DNA from: Saccostrea cucullata
Taxonomy: Eukaryota
DNA: 64,000 bases
Reading direction: 5' to 3'
Assembly: GCF_032062105.1 (NCBI RefSeq)
Contig: NW_026923852.1
Coordinates: 62,001 to 126,000 of the forward strand
A program made the position numbers and the translations under genes. The notes below the pieces were generated by a model. The model did no database searches. It saw only the letters and a list, made by a program, of their open reading frames with translations, and was not told the origin of the DNA. This document shows, piece by piece, positions 25,400 to 38,197 of the stretch (position 1 is its first letter; every line of letters starts with the position of its first letter).

Positions 25400-28300
25400 A
25401 TGTTTTGGATTCACGTGTTGACATCTGTATTCGTTATTCTCCAGCATTTAACGGGTAAGCATTGACGAATGGTATATTTTTAAATAAATGATGTTTATGA
25501 CGTTTTAGATGTGGAATATTCTCTCGGAAAGTCTTGAAAAGTTCACATATTAAATTGTTTTTTTTTTATTTATATTAAACAGGTCCAGCACAATACCCCG
25601 ATAAAGGTATATAGCTTGATAAAGCTATATAGCTTTATCAAGGTATTTAAAATACCTTGATCAAGGTATTTTATGAAATGAAAATTCAAAAAAATTCTTT
25701 TAAAAATCAAATACTGAAAGTCGAGTTCTGAGTTTTTGACAGTGTGTCTATTCCATAGACGCTCCCCATGTAATTCTGGGGAGCGCCTATGGTCAAACTT
25801 CCGAAAGTTATTTTTCGAACGAGTTGCTGAAAATCGACGAAATCGACTTCTTCCGGCCGAGATCAGCTATGTGTGACGGAGTAATAGAAAAATGTTTGAA
25901 AACAAGAGAAAGCAACGGAATGGTGCTGGATAAAAGCTTGCAAATATTTTATTTCAATAAATTAGAGTAGCCGATGCTGATAAACAGCCCAGTATACCCC
26001 AGAAACCCTTGAAGTAAGTCAGTCAGAGGTCCCAGGCGAAATCCACAATGGCGCCCAGTTACAAGCCTTGGATATTTTATAGTATAGAGGGATAGACCTA
26101 TATATACTTATTATACGTCATTTACAGAATTACATGGGGAGCGCCTATGGTCTATTCGTGCATGAAAAACACTCTGGTATCAAAAAGAAAGCATAAAATA
26201 ACGTCTCCTCTTACGACACGTTTTTATACTGATTTGTTTGTGTTTGAGTACTTTACATGCATGGGTGAATTTACTGACAACAACTCAGAACTCGACTTTC
26301 AGTAATTAATTTTGAAAGAATTTTTTTGAATTTTCATTACATAAAATACCTTGATCAAGGTATTTTAAATACCTTGATAAAGCTATATAGCTTCATCAAG
26401 CTATATACCTTTATCGGGGTATTGTGCTGGACCTGTTAAAAGTGAAATTTAAGTGTATGCTATATCAGTTGGGTTCAAGTTCTGAATCTATTATTTTTCA
26501 AGTAAGGATAATTTTCTAGAAAGTTATCCAGAAATGGAGTGAATCATTTAAATTACCTGTGGTTCACTTGGATAAATATGTAGATGTGATCTGAACACTT
26601 TTGAATTCCTTCCACTAAATATTTCCAATACACATTGACTTAAGTTTAAACATACCTGTATATTGATTACTCTCATTTATTCCGATGTTTTTGTTTATAG
26701 GCAGCTGGTCAACAGAGGCTGCTTTGGCTGTCCACAAAACCCGGCTATGTATGGTGTTAGATACGGATTGTAAGGAAAATGGAGGGAATAGTTGCCAAAG
26801 ACATGAGAGGTGCGATGACGAAAGTCAGTACTGCTTCACTGCTTGGAGTCCCAGCAATACTTCAGCTAATGGTAAGTCTGGGTGATTATATGCTTGCTAG
26901 CTTTCATTATAAACCCAACAATGAAATGAAGTCTGGGTCTGCTTTCATTGAATGCCTCATAATGCATTGAAAATACATGCATTTCTATAAGACCAAATAT
27001 AATATGTGCTCATTTACATGCTGTGCAGAAATATGAATTGTAAGCAAAGCAAGTATGTACTTGCTTTGCTTGCAATTCATGCTCAGGTACAGAATAGTAA
27101 ATGAGGAGTTTTCTTTTTGTAACTATAATTATGTTAACATTTCTTGATAATACCAATACAGTGTATTAAGATTCTATTGCTGCAGAAAACATCTCTATGG
27201 AATCAATATGCAGTAGTCAAAATTTTCTATTTGTGCAATTGGCTTTTTGCGCTGCACAACTGTACTTGCTTTCCAACTTCTATGCCCAATCCACAGACCA
27301 TAAACACCCATAATTTTTCTGATAAATATTTCAGGAATTAAACTGATGCACCAAGGATGTTGGACCCAGAACCAGGGCTGTGAGAATGACAGCTGTGTAC
27401 AGTCCAGTGAGCACCAGACACACAGCGTGGGCTTCTGTTGCTGTCGTACAGATCTGTGTAACTTCAACATCAGTATGGCAGGAAGCTCTCCAGTGTCAAT
27501 CACAGAGAAAGGTTTGTAACTAATAGAGCAGTGAATGTGTGATGCAGTACCTTGCTAATTATTCCATATGCACTGCAGGGTGCATATAAAACAAGTTAGA
27601 ATGTGAAGCATTCTGCTATACTATCCTGATATAATATAATGGAAATGACAGGGATGGACAACAGACTAAGTTATGTTGCCTGAAACCAAAGAAATTAAAG
27701 TGAAAATAGCTAAATAGGATCTAAAGAATGCTACTTATCAGTAATGAACTAACGAGTTCAAAGAGTAATGACTACAACCATATTGTTTAACACAGTGTAA
27801 CAGATACTACAGATTTACATGTGGGCTTGGTTTCAGAATTGTACTGTACATATCTGCGTATTGTGTCAATGTGTGTATAAGAAAAGAAACGTGTATGTAA
27901 AGATATTTATTAGAATAACAGAATTAAAATTCTGATACTCTAAGAAAAACTTTTCAGAATAGAATTAGAATTTTATTTCATATTGAATATTTTACATGAG
28001 AGAATGAAAGCAGATTTACTGTCAACATTCTACAAATGTATTGCTCCCCGAATCTCTACAAGGCTGAAAAGGACAACTGATGATGCCTGTTTTCCATGAA
28101 TCCATCTTTCTGAGAAATCAGAATATATTGAACATTGATAATATAAACATGATTAATGTCATAACTTGTGAAATGTTTATTAAAATGTGGAATGCTTGAA
28201 CACCTTAATAAAATTTCAAGGAGCAAAGCTCTAGATAAATAAATTTCTATTAATTTTTCGTGAGCTAAATACATCTTATAATGTGCACATTGCTGTGTTC

Positions 28301-31000
28301 ACCTTTGAACTTTCAGTTTTACAGAGGAGTGTTAATCATTGGAAAATTATTGCGTGATCATTGCATTTTTTTTTTCTCTGTATATTGAAAGGGCAATGTC
28401 CTTTAAAAGACTTTAAAACCAATGAAAGTTGATTTTGTTCATAAAGAATATTAAACAAATTTTGAACTGGTATTTGATGCCCACATGATTAAGGAGATTT
28501 TTTTAATATTCTTTTCATAATAAATTTATCTTAATGATTGATTAATTTGTTTTTGTAGATACAACCACGAAAATTAATGCCAATGGGAAGGCCAACAAAG
28601 TGATGAAGATCATGATGTATTCATTGGTGCCTATCATAGTACTAGTAATACTCATCGTCATGGTGTTTGTCATGTGGCGCTGTTACTACAACAGAAACTT
28701 GTAGGTGGATCTATGTTTTCTTGAGTTTTCACTTTTGATTTGTATAAATATGTATATCCTGGATAAAGATAAAAATTATTTAGACCACAAGCATTACAAG
28801 GATGGGCTATTCATATATTTGTATTGTTATAAAATATAAACAGCAATAATCTTAATTTGTGAACATTTTCAGGTACACATCTCACCTACAGCTGCCAGCC
28901 AGTGACCCTGAGATGGGGACCCAGGAGTTTAATCAGCCCCACCGTCCCATCCAGCTGTTAGAGCTCAGGGCTCATGGAAGGTAAGTCATGTAACACAGGC
29001 CACTTCAGGCCATCTTTAAAAAATTGTTTGGTTGGCCTATAATGACAGACTGAATAAAAATTGGACCGACTCAAACCTTTTTCGTACATTCCAGGACGCA
29101 ATATTTTTTTTTTCGTTATTCCTCTTAGTCTTTTTCCGTCAACAAATATACTGAATTTATCTGGAAAGAAAGATTTTCCAAACTACCAAATAATCCAATA
29201 ATTTTAACCCTGAATTGGGAAGGGGCAAGCAAACATTATTTTAAAGATAGCCTAATGAGTCTGTACAATTAATGACTCTGAAGTGAGTTAAATATTGTAA
29301 TACATGTGTGTGAATTCATTTAATTTTCCAGGTTTGGTGAAGTTTGGAAAGCCAACATGTTGAATTCTGTTGTGGCTGTTAAAATCATGCCATTCAAAGA
29401 AAAAGCTTCTTGGCTGGCAGAGCAGGAAATCTACAACTTACCCCATATGAAGCATGACAACATCTTACTGTTTGTTGGTGGGGAAAAACACGAGGAAAAT
29501 CTGTGGCTTATTACGGAGTTCCATGAGAAAGGTTCACTGTGTGACTTTCTGAAGGGCAACACGGTTACTTGGAGTCAGTTGTGTAAAATCTCTGAATCCA
29601 TGGTTAGGGGTATGTCACTTTATGATAAAATTAACGTAAATGATATGATTCTGACATTATGATGATATTTAACATTAAAAATTTATCTGCTGAATTGTAG
29701 GGTTAGCCTACCTGCATGATGATGTTTCACTAACAAGATGCCAGTCTAAACCAGCTGTAGCGCATCGAGATTTCAAGAGCAAAAATGTATTGCTGAAGGA
29801 AGACCTGACTGCTTGCATTGCTGACTTTGGATTGGCGCTGAAATTTGAGCCTGGTAAAAGCCCTGGAGAGACGCATGGCCTGGTAAATAAATATATGTGT
29901 ACATGATTATGAACATGATATGCTAACTAGGTCACAAGATCTGAATCACTTTTGAAGTATTTCAAGTAATATCCAGTCTGGGTTACCTCTGGGAATTCAT
30001 GCAGTCCTTTTTAAGCATATGTGCTTATTTATTGAAATGCATCAGTAATAAGAATGTGTCTGATTAATAATTATAGGTTGGAACACGACGATACATGGCC
30101 CCTGAAATATTAGAGGGTGCGATCAGTTTCCGGAAGGATGCTTTCCTGCGGATTGACATGTACGCCTGCGGACTGGTTCTCTGGGAGCTCCTGACACGGA
30201 ACTCGTGTTCTGAACAACCAGCTGACGAGTACCAGTTACCGTTTGAAGAGGAAGCAGGATCCCACCCAACACTGGAGGATATGCAGGAACTTGTAGTGAT
30301 GAAGAAGCTGAGGCCAACTATAAAGAATCATTGGCTTCAACATCCGGTAATTTTCATCAGCAGATTTGCTAACTCAAATTTAAATAATCCTTAAGACAGG
30401 ATTTGGGCTACTATATTGATTCATTATATAGTAAAAATATTGTGAAAGGTTCTTCAGAATAACATATCAGAAATTGTTAACTTTATATTAAAACAACCTT
30501 GTAAATAGTAGAGGATTTTTCCTTAATTTGACCCTTAGAGCTTGAGGCTTGAATTTTTTTTATAAAATCTAAAAATGTCAGGAAAATATGTCTTGGAAAA
30601 CTTGATGTTTGATGCATGAATTTAGTAAAAGAAATATTTGAAAAGTTTAACATCAATTTTCAAAAATGTTAGATTATTAAGTTATTTGTTGTTACAGACA
30701 CAAGTATACATGTATTCTCAAATGAATTGTCATATGGTCACAAAATTTTGTGATGTGATTGTTGATAAAGTTTGTTGTTTCTGAACTTATTGTGATCATT
30801 TTGAACAGGGCTTGGAGCAGATTGCAGCCACCATAGAGGAATGCTGGGACCAGGACGCGGAGGCTCGAGTGTCGGCTATCTGTGTCAAGGAGCGTTTGAG
30901 CCAGTTAAGTCGTACACTAAATGTGTCCACCTCTAGCCACAACCTGAGCATCTCACCCAATCAGAACATATACTACCACATTTCCTCCGTGTCCACCTAG
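25400..31000 (+). CDS. ACVR2: Activin receptor type II Ser/Thr kinase (~524 aa, 9 exons)
   Basis: Exons 25400-25454, 26701-26871, 27335-27511, 28559-28700, 28873-28980, 29332-29609, 29701-29882, 30077-30346, 30809-31000, all GT-AG and in frame. Signal peptide, GCW and CCCRTDLCN Cys box, TM helix, no GS box; kinase motifs [63 protein letters not shown]. Confidence 0.95.
25579..26436. mobile_element. MITE with ~165-bp TIRs in ACVR2 intron 1 (PIF/Harbinger-like if the TSD is TAA)
   Basis: acaggtccagcacaataccccgataaagg... is mirrored at the right end; flanked by TAA/TAA (an alternative reading gives a 5-bp TTAAA TSD). Confidence 0.85.
25754..26149. mobile_element. Nested 396-bp MITE with CATAG...CTATG ends and an 8-bp TSD (P- or hAT-type)
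   Basis: TIR catagacgctccccatgtaattctg versus cagaattacatggggagcgcctatg; TSD GTCTATTC at 25746-25753 and 26150-26157. Confidence 0.85.
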
Positions 31001-33229
31001 TAACCCCACACAGATCCCACAAAGCATACCTCATACACGGGCAATTAGTTCTGACAACACGACTTGTGTGAAGAAGACTGCCGCTAACTCAGGAGATACA
31101 AATTACATGTGGACAAAAAAAACATATTTATTAGATCTTTAAATTAGGGAGAATGTATGTTGTCTACCAGACCATTTCTCTTCATGCTGGACAAAATTAG
31201 GAGAGGCAGAGATGTGTTTTTACAATGCTACATGACTTTGTTACCATAGTGTACAGATATTACTAGCTATTCATTCTCAATATACATCTGTTCATGTGGA
31301 ATTTGTTTGGTCATTTTGTCATATTTTACTTTATATCCCAATGTCATTAGTGCTAATTTTTTCAAATATGTAAATGTATTTAAGGCTGTGAGACTTGAAT
31401 TTTTTAGCTAGGTTTTATATGTCAGTTTAGGTGTTAAACACATCGTGGAAGATATTTCCCCAAGCATTTGATTTATAACTTGATGAAATATTTGACACTT
31501 TAAAAAAACATTTGAAAAAAAAAAGATTTTTATTGAATTTATATTGTACTTAATATATAGTGAATGGTGTTTTCATGCATTATTAAGGGACAGCAGTTAG
31601 ATCGTACATTGTATATTACTGAGCTACAGACTGAACGTTAATGGAATTCTTCATTTTTTTTATTAGAAACTTTTACTGATCATGTATATGTAAAAAACAA
31701 ACTAGTTGTTGTTTCCCATGGCATTATACGTGTCCTCTCTTGTTACGAGTGATAATGTTTTATCTTTATATACCGGGTTGTTAGGGGGAGGCAATCCACC
31801 TGACCATGCCTTGTTTCCTCTGGTACATTTTCAGATGATATTACATATGTATGTACCGGTGATCGTTCTGACCTAACTTGTGCGGGTTTTTTTTATCAAT
31901 GTATAACTATATTTCTTGTCACGTATTATGACAACAGTGTATTTCTGTATACCATACCCCATTGTATTCTCATTTAGATGCAAGTATTTGCAAGTTTCCG
32001 TTTAATTTCATCATGTCCATAGCGTAGTTATGATTACATCAATGATTACCTTAAACTACTGCTAAAATTGATAAATTTTTGTATAAATATTATTCTCTTT
32101 AAGTTTACTTTTAAAATCAAACTCCTATAACTAGCTTTAAAATGAATTGATTTGTGAAATGGTTTGTTTTCATACTTATAATTTTGATTTCTAAAGTCTG
32201 ATTTCAAAAAAAAATTACCAGAGTGCAGTCTTTTCCCCCTAGTATTATTATGTTAGTGTAGTACCATACAGTAGTAGTTTGTTTACTTAGTTCCCATTCT
32301 TGATTTTTAATTGTACATAAAACTCATTTTCTTGGTACATGTATATTTATTGTATTTGTTTTCTTACTGGTTAATGACCTGGAGTTGATTAAAATGAAAG
32401 GTGTTTTTTTTTTCATTTTCAAAGATGGCACCATTTTAAATAGGTTGTTTATAGGTACTAAAAAATATAAAGAAATTTAACATGATGGTGTAGCACAGTT
32501 TTCTAAAGTGAGTTGCCCTTTAATGTCCTGTATACTTACATGAAATGTTCCGTAAATTGTATATTAACTTTATACAAATTGTAACTAATGATGGTAAATT
32601 TAACAATATAAGAGCTTCAGAACGATGTTCAAAAATGTCAAGGACATGTTTCCTTACAAGAGAAACATCTAAGTAACTATGTTCCTTGCTTTTTAATGGA
32701 ATATTCGACCTTGATAATTCTTATAAAACTTTTTTGAGATATATGTCAACCCACTTTTAAAAATGTGTGGTTTGTGAAACAGTATTGTATTAATAGGTTT
32801 GCATTTGATTTTATCACATTTACAGATTCAAGGAAAAAAGTCTGTTGTTTAAGTCCATTACATAATGATTATATGTGATTATTTTCAATAAAATGGCATA
32901 TTACAAACATGTATGTATCATGATGTTCACTTGCTCAATGTAAATTACCTTTGATGACTCCTGAGAAAGGAGATCAGATAGACTTGTTGATGCTCTGAAC
33001 ACTGCACACTAAAGAGCTCTACTTATAAGTTGATTTTATGCAGTTAGAGTTATCTCTAAGTAAGATTTAAAAAATTGTTATTTACAGTTAATCTCACACT
33101 TTGTAAAAGATTGAAATATTTTTAGCATTATATAAGTCCAAGAATATCTAATTGAATTCATTATTTTCATTAATTTTCCCAATTTTAGTAAACTGTAGTG
33201 ATTTCTGCTCACAAATAGACCATTGTCTT

Positions 33230-33471
33230 CAAAGGTGTATCCACGGCCTGTGCGCCCTCCCGTTTGAATTTCCTTTTTGAAATTTTGTTTGTACTACTTG
33301 TATCCTAAAATCGAAAGAAAAAAAAGACACCTATTATCTATCAGAATTTCCTCGTTTTCCTAGAGCTTTGCCCCTGGACCCCCACTAAGGCTTTGTCCTG
33401 GACCCCTAAGGGGCTTCCATGCAGACCTTCTACTGTGCCCTCCCGTTTTGAAATTCCTGGATCCGCCGCTG
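33230..33471. mobile_element. Short degenerate MITE (CAG-GCGGATCCA-type ends)
   Basis: Imperfect TIRs caaaggtgtatcca and tggatccgccgctg; GC-rich ccctggacccc repeats inside. Confidence 0.45.
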
Positions 33472-35710
33472 GTCTTTGAAGATTTTACCTGCAGAAATAA
33501 GGCAGGTACTCTAATTGTTATGAATGAATGAAAAATTCTCAATATGTACACCTTTATTTGCTCTGCAATACTTTTACAGGGAGGGTAAGAGTATTCATTG
33601 ACACATAAACGCAGTGAACTGGTGAGTTGTACATGTACCATTATGGTAGAATTTCCCTTGTAAGTTGTAATAGGATCAGAGCTACTAGATAAAATGTTCT
33701 ATCATTAAAATGAAAAATAAATGTCTGCAATACTTACACAGTATTCAGTGATACATAAACACAGCAGACTGGTGAGTTGTACATGTACCATGATGGTAGA
33801 ATTTCCCTTGTAAGTTGTAATAGGATCAGGGCTACTAGATGTTCTATTGTTAAAATGATAAATGTCCTACAGACCCAGTTTAATGATTGTGGTGAGGGCT
33901 TGTCCCGAGACACAGATTATTCCAACTACAGAGCTACTAGTTAGCTATATAATCAAGGACAACAAAAGGAAAATCTAAAGGTTGTACTTTTTAGCAAGGT
34001 TGGACTTGATTAGATGATCGGTTCATTTGTGGCTTCAAAGTATATATAGAAGGATGCATTTGAACTTATTTATTTGGAAAAAAAAGAGCTTTTATTAGTT
34101 AAATGGAATTTATACATGTATCCTGGTAAATCTGGTCCCTCTCAAAAGGTATTGCATTTAACATCCCTCTTTACCTTTCAAAAATATTTTTATGCCACTT
34201 GAGATGTCCTTGATCTTGCTACTTAATCATACATTTTTTCAATAGTGCAATTCAGAAGCCAGTGGGACTCAAGTTAGTGTAAACAGTGTTTTGGAACAAG
34301 CCTTTGCCACAAACTGGGTCCGTAAGACGATTCCATTTGAGCGATAAAATTTTTTAACTAGTGGGACACCAACCAGTCATACATGTCACCAATGGTACAT
34401 CTTAGCAACTTCATGAGAAGGTAGATTAAAGTGAAAACCAGATTAAGGTATAACAAAAAACAAAAGAAATAGTTTCGTTTGATGGTATTTTTAATAATTG
34501 TCATATGCAATTCTCTTATGACATTAACTAAGTATATCCAATGTAGATATATCTTCATACAGTAACAGGAATTCTAAAAACAAAACTACATGTTAGTGGA
34601 TTTCTTGAACATATTTTCTCCACATAACTTGCTATTACATAAAATTTGTCCAACAAATCAATTAAAAATATATATACATGAAGAAGGACTAAACACAGGC
34701 ATTACTGATGACAACATTTGCAAAAATGCATAGAAAAATACAAAAAAATTGCCATTATGTTATAAAATGTTCTTGTGATGTTAGGAAATGACAAAAAATA
34801 TTAAATCTCAAAATTTGCTGCACAACATTATGACAAAAACTTCATTAATTTGTGTATTATTCTATAAATCAATAACAAACACATCTTGTAAATTGATAAC
34901 AACAAACAAATTTTTGCTTGATACATGTAAGATGGGTCATGAAATAAATATGACATACATAGTATGATGGTATTAATTGTCAGGATGTCAAAACATTTTT
35001 TTTCTTTTTTGTATAAGATGGGTCATGAAATACATATGACATACATAGTATGATGGTATTAATTGTCAGGATTCAAAACATTTTTTTTCTTTTTTTTTTC
35101 ATGAAATACATATGACATACATAGTATGATGGTATTAATTGTCAGGATGTCAAAACATTTTTTTTTTCTTTTTTTTGTTTCTCTTTTTTTTTCATCAATG
35201 AACTTAAATTTTTTCAAATTTTTTTTTTTCAAAGATGTTCAATCATTTATAGCTATGCTACAAACCCTAACAAATTTTGGGTCAATACATGTACCTTAAA
35301 AAATGACATACATTGGTAAAAAAATGAGATTAAAACTTAATTTTTCTTCTCTTTTTTTGGTTGCTATTTTTAGAAATCAACTTTAATTGTTTTTCCCGAT
35401 TTTTAAAAATATAGACAGCTATGTTACAGCTTCTAACAATGGATCAATATATGTACATTTATCATAAAATAAATATGACATACAAAAATGTACATGGTAT
35501 TTAATGTTATGAACATTTTATCTTCACCTTTTTGTTGTTTTTTAAGCAACTTGAATTTTTTTTCTTTATTTTTTTTAAATATAGATGTAATTCATATACA
35601 GCTACGTTACAGTTCCTAAAAATAACATAGTAAAACCACTGTTTTCATCAATTAATGTATACTTAAAACTCAAGATGACCCCCACCCCTCCCGGATTCCC
35701 ACCCCCCAAA

Positions 35711-36803
35711 TTACTTTTTCTCAGCCAGTTTGTTAATTAAGGCCGCTTTCATTTCTTTAGCGAGCTGCTCTAGTTCTTCGATTTTTAGCCGCATCCTTTG
35801 ATTTTCTTGTACAAGCCTCTCTGCCTCACTTTCCATCTCTACAAACTTCATTTTACGGACGTAGCGCGATCTTTTAGAAGCTATGTTGTTTTTAACGCGC
35901 CTCTCTACGTATTTCTTATCTGGAGAAGTGGCCTTGTCTTCATCCGTTTCGTTTCCCAATTCAACAGTTACCGTAGACGTCCGAGGTTTTTTGGTGATGT
36001 AATCGTGATCAAGACCCGCAGCCGCTAGGCCTTCTTCCTCGTCCGTCACGGTTCGTTTACGTTTTTTGCCACATTCCACCGTGATGACTTCCTCAGTCTC
36101 CGGAACAACCATTTCTTCATCCTGTTGAGCAGTAAACTCGACAACCGGACTTGGCTCTGGCTCAGCAAAATTTATAACAGGTTTAGTGAGAGCCAACTCT
36201 GGCTTGTCTTCATTTTCCTGAAAAGAAATAAAGTCAAGAAATTTAGTACAAATAAATGCAGCGACCACTCTGAACTGAAATTATGGTAAAGCACTGAATG
36301 GTTGAAATGCTGTGTTAAATGCTCAAGTACCTGCACATCAGTGAAGTTTGAAAGGTCCATAAAACTGTTGAGAAAGTCATCTCCTGGGAATGTGGAACCC
36401 ATTGCTTCAAGGAAATCTTCCACTTCACCCCCCTCCATTCCCAAATTACTCTTTTCTGATATCAGAAATTCTTTATCCAAGATAGAGTCCATTTTGTTGC
36501 CGGCAAAGTCATCCATGATGCCAGCATATTCTGCAAAAATATGAATTAACAAAAATTATAAATCTGTCACCTGGTTGTCCAGTTAGCAATAGTAAATTTG
36601 AGAGATTATGACCTTTTGATAGGTAAATTTTAAAGCAACTCACCGTTGTCAAATAGGCCATTTACTTTCTGATCCAATCGTAGTGAAATGTTGGATGTCG
36701 TGGTTGATGTCGGTTCCATACCCAAGTCCGCACTCGGCGCCGGGTAGGTCCAGCCATTCAACCAGCTCGTCCAAGGATCGGGGGACGATTGCGCCCTCGC
36801 CAT
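35711..36803 (-). CDS. bZIP transcription factor, PAR/C-EBP-like basic region (~288 aa if the ATG at 36803 is used)
   Basis: Coding exons 36803-36644, 36530-36331, 36217-35711 join in frame (GT-AG). Acidic FLEAM/DFLNSFMDL activation-like region, DHDY motif, basic region KYVERRVKNNIASKRSR, then a heptad zipper. The start codon is uncertain; a downstream MDDF start is possible. Confidence 0.85.
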
Positions 36804-36840
36804 AGTCCTGAGCGTTGAGTCCAATGTCGCCTTCGTACAT
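36649..36840 (-). promoter_or_regulatory. 63-codon uORF overlapping the bZIP main ORF out of frame
   Basis: ATG at 36840 lies 37 nt upstream of the main ATG at 36803; its TGA at 36651-36649 is in the same exon. Confidence 0.6.
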
Positions 36841-37145
36841 GTTTCGTTATTTGATTCAGAAGTCTCAATCCGTAATTGACGGATTTTGTCGAATGTGCGT
36901 CGTACCTTTTGGATACGGATCGCAATCGCTTTTTGCTTCGCTGTCTTCTCCTTCGGAGCTCTCTGTCGCTCGACTTGTACGCCGGACTCGGCCGGGATTA
37001 CTGAAATCAAATACAACAAAAATTTTATCATATTTTTCCTTTGTTGATGTCGTCGTATTTTGTATTGTAGTTTGTGATACATCTTGTTGTTTTTTTCTGA
37101 TGACCTATTTCATAGATTTACTATACTCATCAGATAAAACTTTAC

Positions 37146-37195
37146 CTGGTTAATGGCTATGTCCTGTTCTTCTTCCTACATTCGTTCTACTGCTG
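37146..37195 (-). promoter_or_regulatory. Probable non-coding first exon of the bZIP gene containing a start-stop uORF (ATGTAG, 37181-37176)
   Basis: Donor CAG|GTAAA at 37146/37145; acceptor tttcag| opens exon 2 at 37000; promoter motifs lie just upstream. The TSS is inferred. Confidence 0.55.
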
Positions 37196-37237
37196 GGAAA
37201 TTGCACCGGCAACCGCCTATATGGTGTAATCTCTGTC

Positions 37238-37343
37238 TCTAAAATTAGAAAGTGACACACTCATTCTAGGCCATGTCATCCAATCAGGGGTCGAGAAAAT
37301 AACACGGTTTTCTAAAAATAGTGTTCACGTCTATTGATGTAAT
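37238..37343 (-). promoter_or_regulatory. bZIP gene proximal promoter: MEF2 sites, CCAAT box, C/EBP-ATF (AARE) element
   Basis: CTAAAATTAG near 37239, CCAATCA near 37280, CTAAAAATAG at 37312-37321, ATTACATCA on the minus strand at 37343-37335. Confidence 0.45.
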
Positions 37344-38197
37344 ATCCGGTACGTTCGGATATTCTCTGTAATACGAATTGAACAGTAGTAAATTCTAAAG
37401 ATGCACCGAAATTTTAGCTATTGCATTAATTTCGTTTACAAATTGAATTTTCTTCTCATTCGTAAAATTTACTATGTAAAAACAATAATCTTTTCATCAG
37501 GATTAATTTTATTCTCTTCTAGAAATCAAGTTTTGTATTAACTTTCTCAAAATACGCCGATATATATGTTTGTTTTTAGAGTTTAGGCGATTGTTTACAA
37601 TTGTAATCTTGAAAACGCATTGTTAAAATAACAGCTGAGATACCATGGGGAATGACTAATATTTATTTATAACAAAAGTAAGTGAACCGTGTGGTGGTGC
37701 AATATCCCATACTATTGAGAAATGCTGAGCTGTCGTATAAACAATTAAAAAAACATACAACCATGCACATGAATATAGTAATAAATTTATATGTATTTTT
37801 TGGAAATCTTTATGAAGAATATACTGACGAGTCCAATATAAATTTTCTTTTCATTTTTAAAATTATGCAAACTATGTTAACAAAATATGCAAATTATAGA
37901 TCTATTAATTTGTCAAAAATATTTCTAAGAATAGAAGAATTGTTTTTTGAAGGGGGTAGGGGATAGGGATGGGCCCCAGGGAGCGCAGCTGTTCACAAAA
38001 TAAACAATTAAATTGTAGGTTATATCGAAAAATCAGCGATAAAATTATTGCATCATGCAAAATACTCGGCTTTATCTATAACTGGTATGCAAACACGGTC
38101 GCTTTCAGGCCAAGGCCAAAGAGATTAAATTGATCTACATTTTAAATGAAACTGAATCGAATATATATCTATGAAAGCTTAAAATTTGGGATAAATG

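Noticed and set aside
37001-37082. ATG at 37082 or 37031 as the start of the bZIP protein
   Set aside because: Both lie in an apparent intron (donor 37145, acceptor 37001); they would apply only if that intron is retained.
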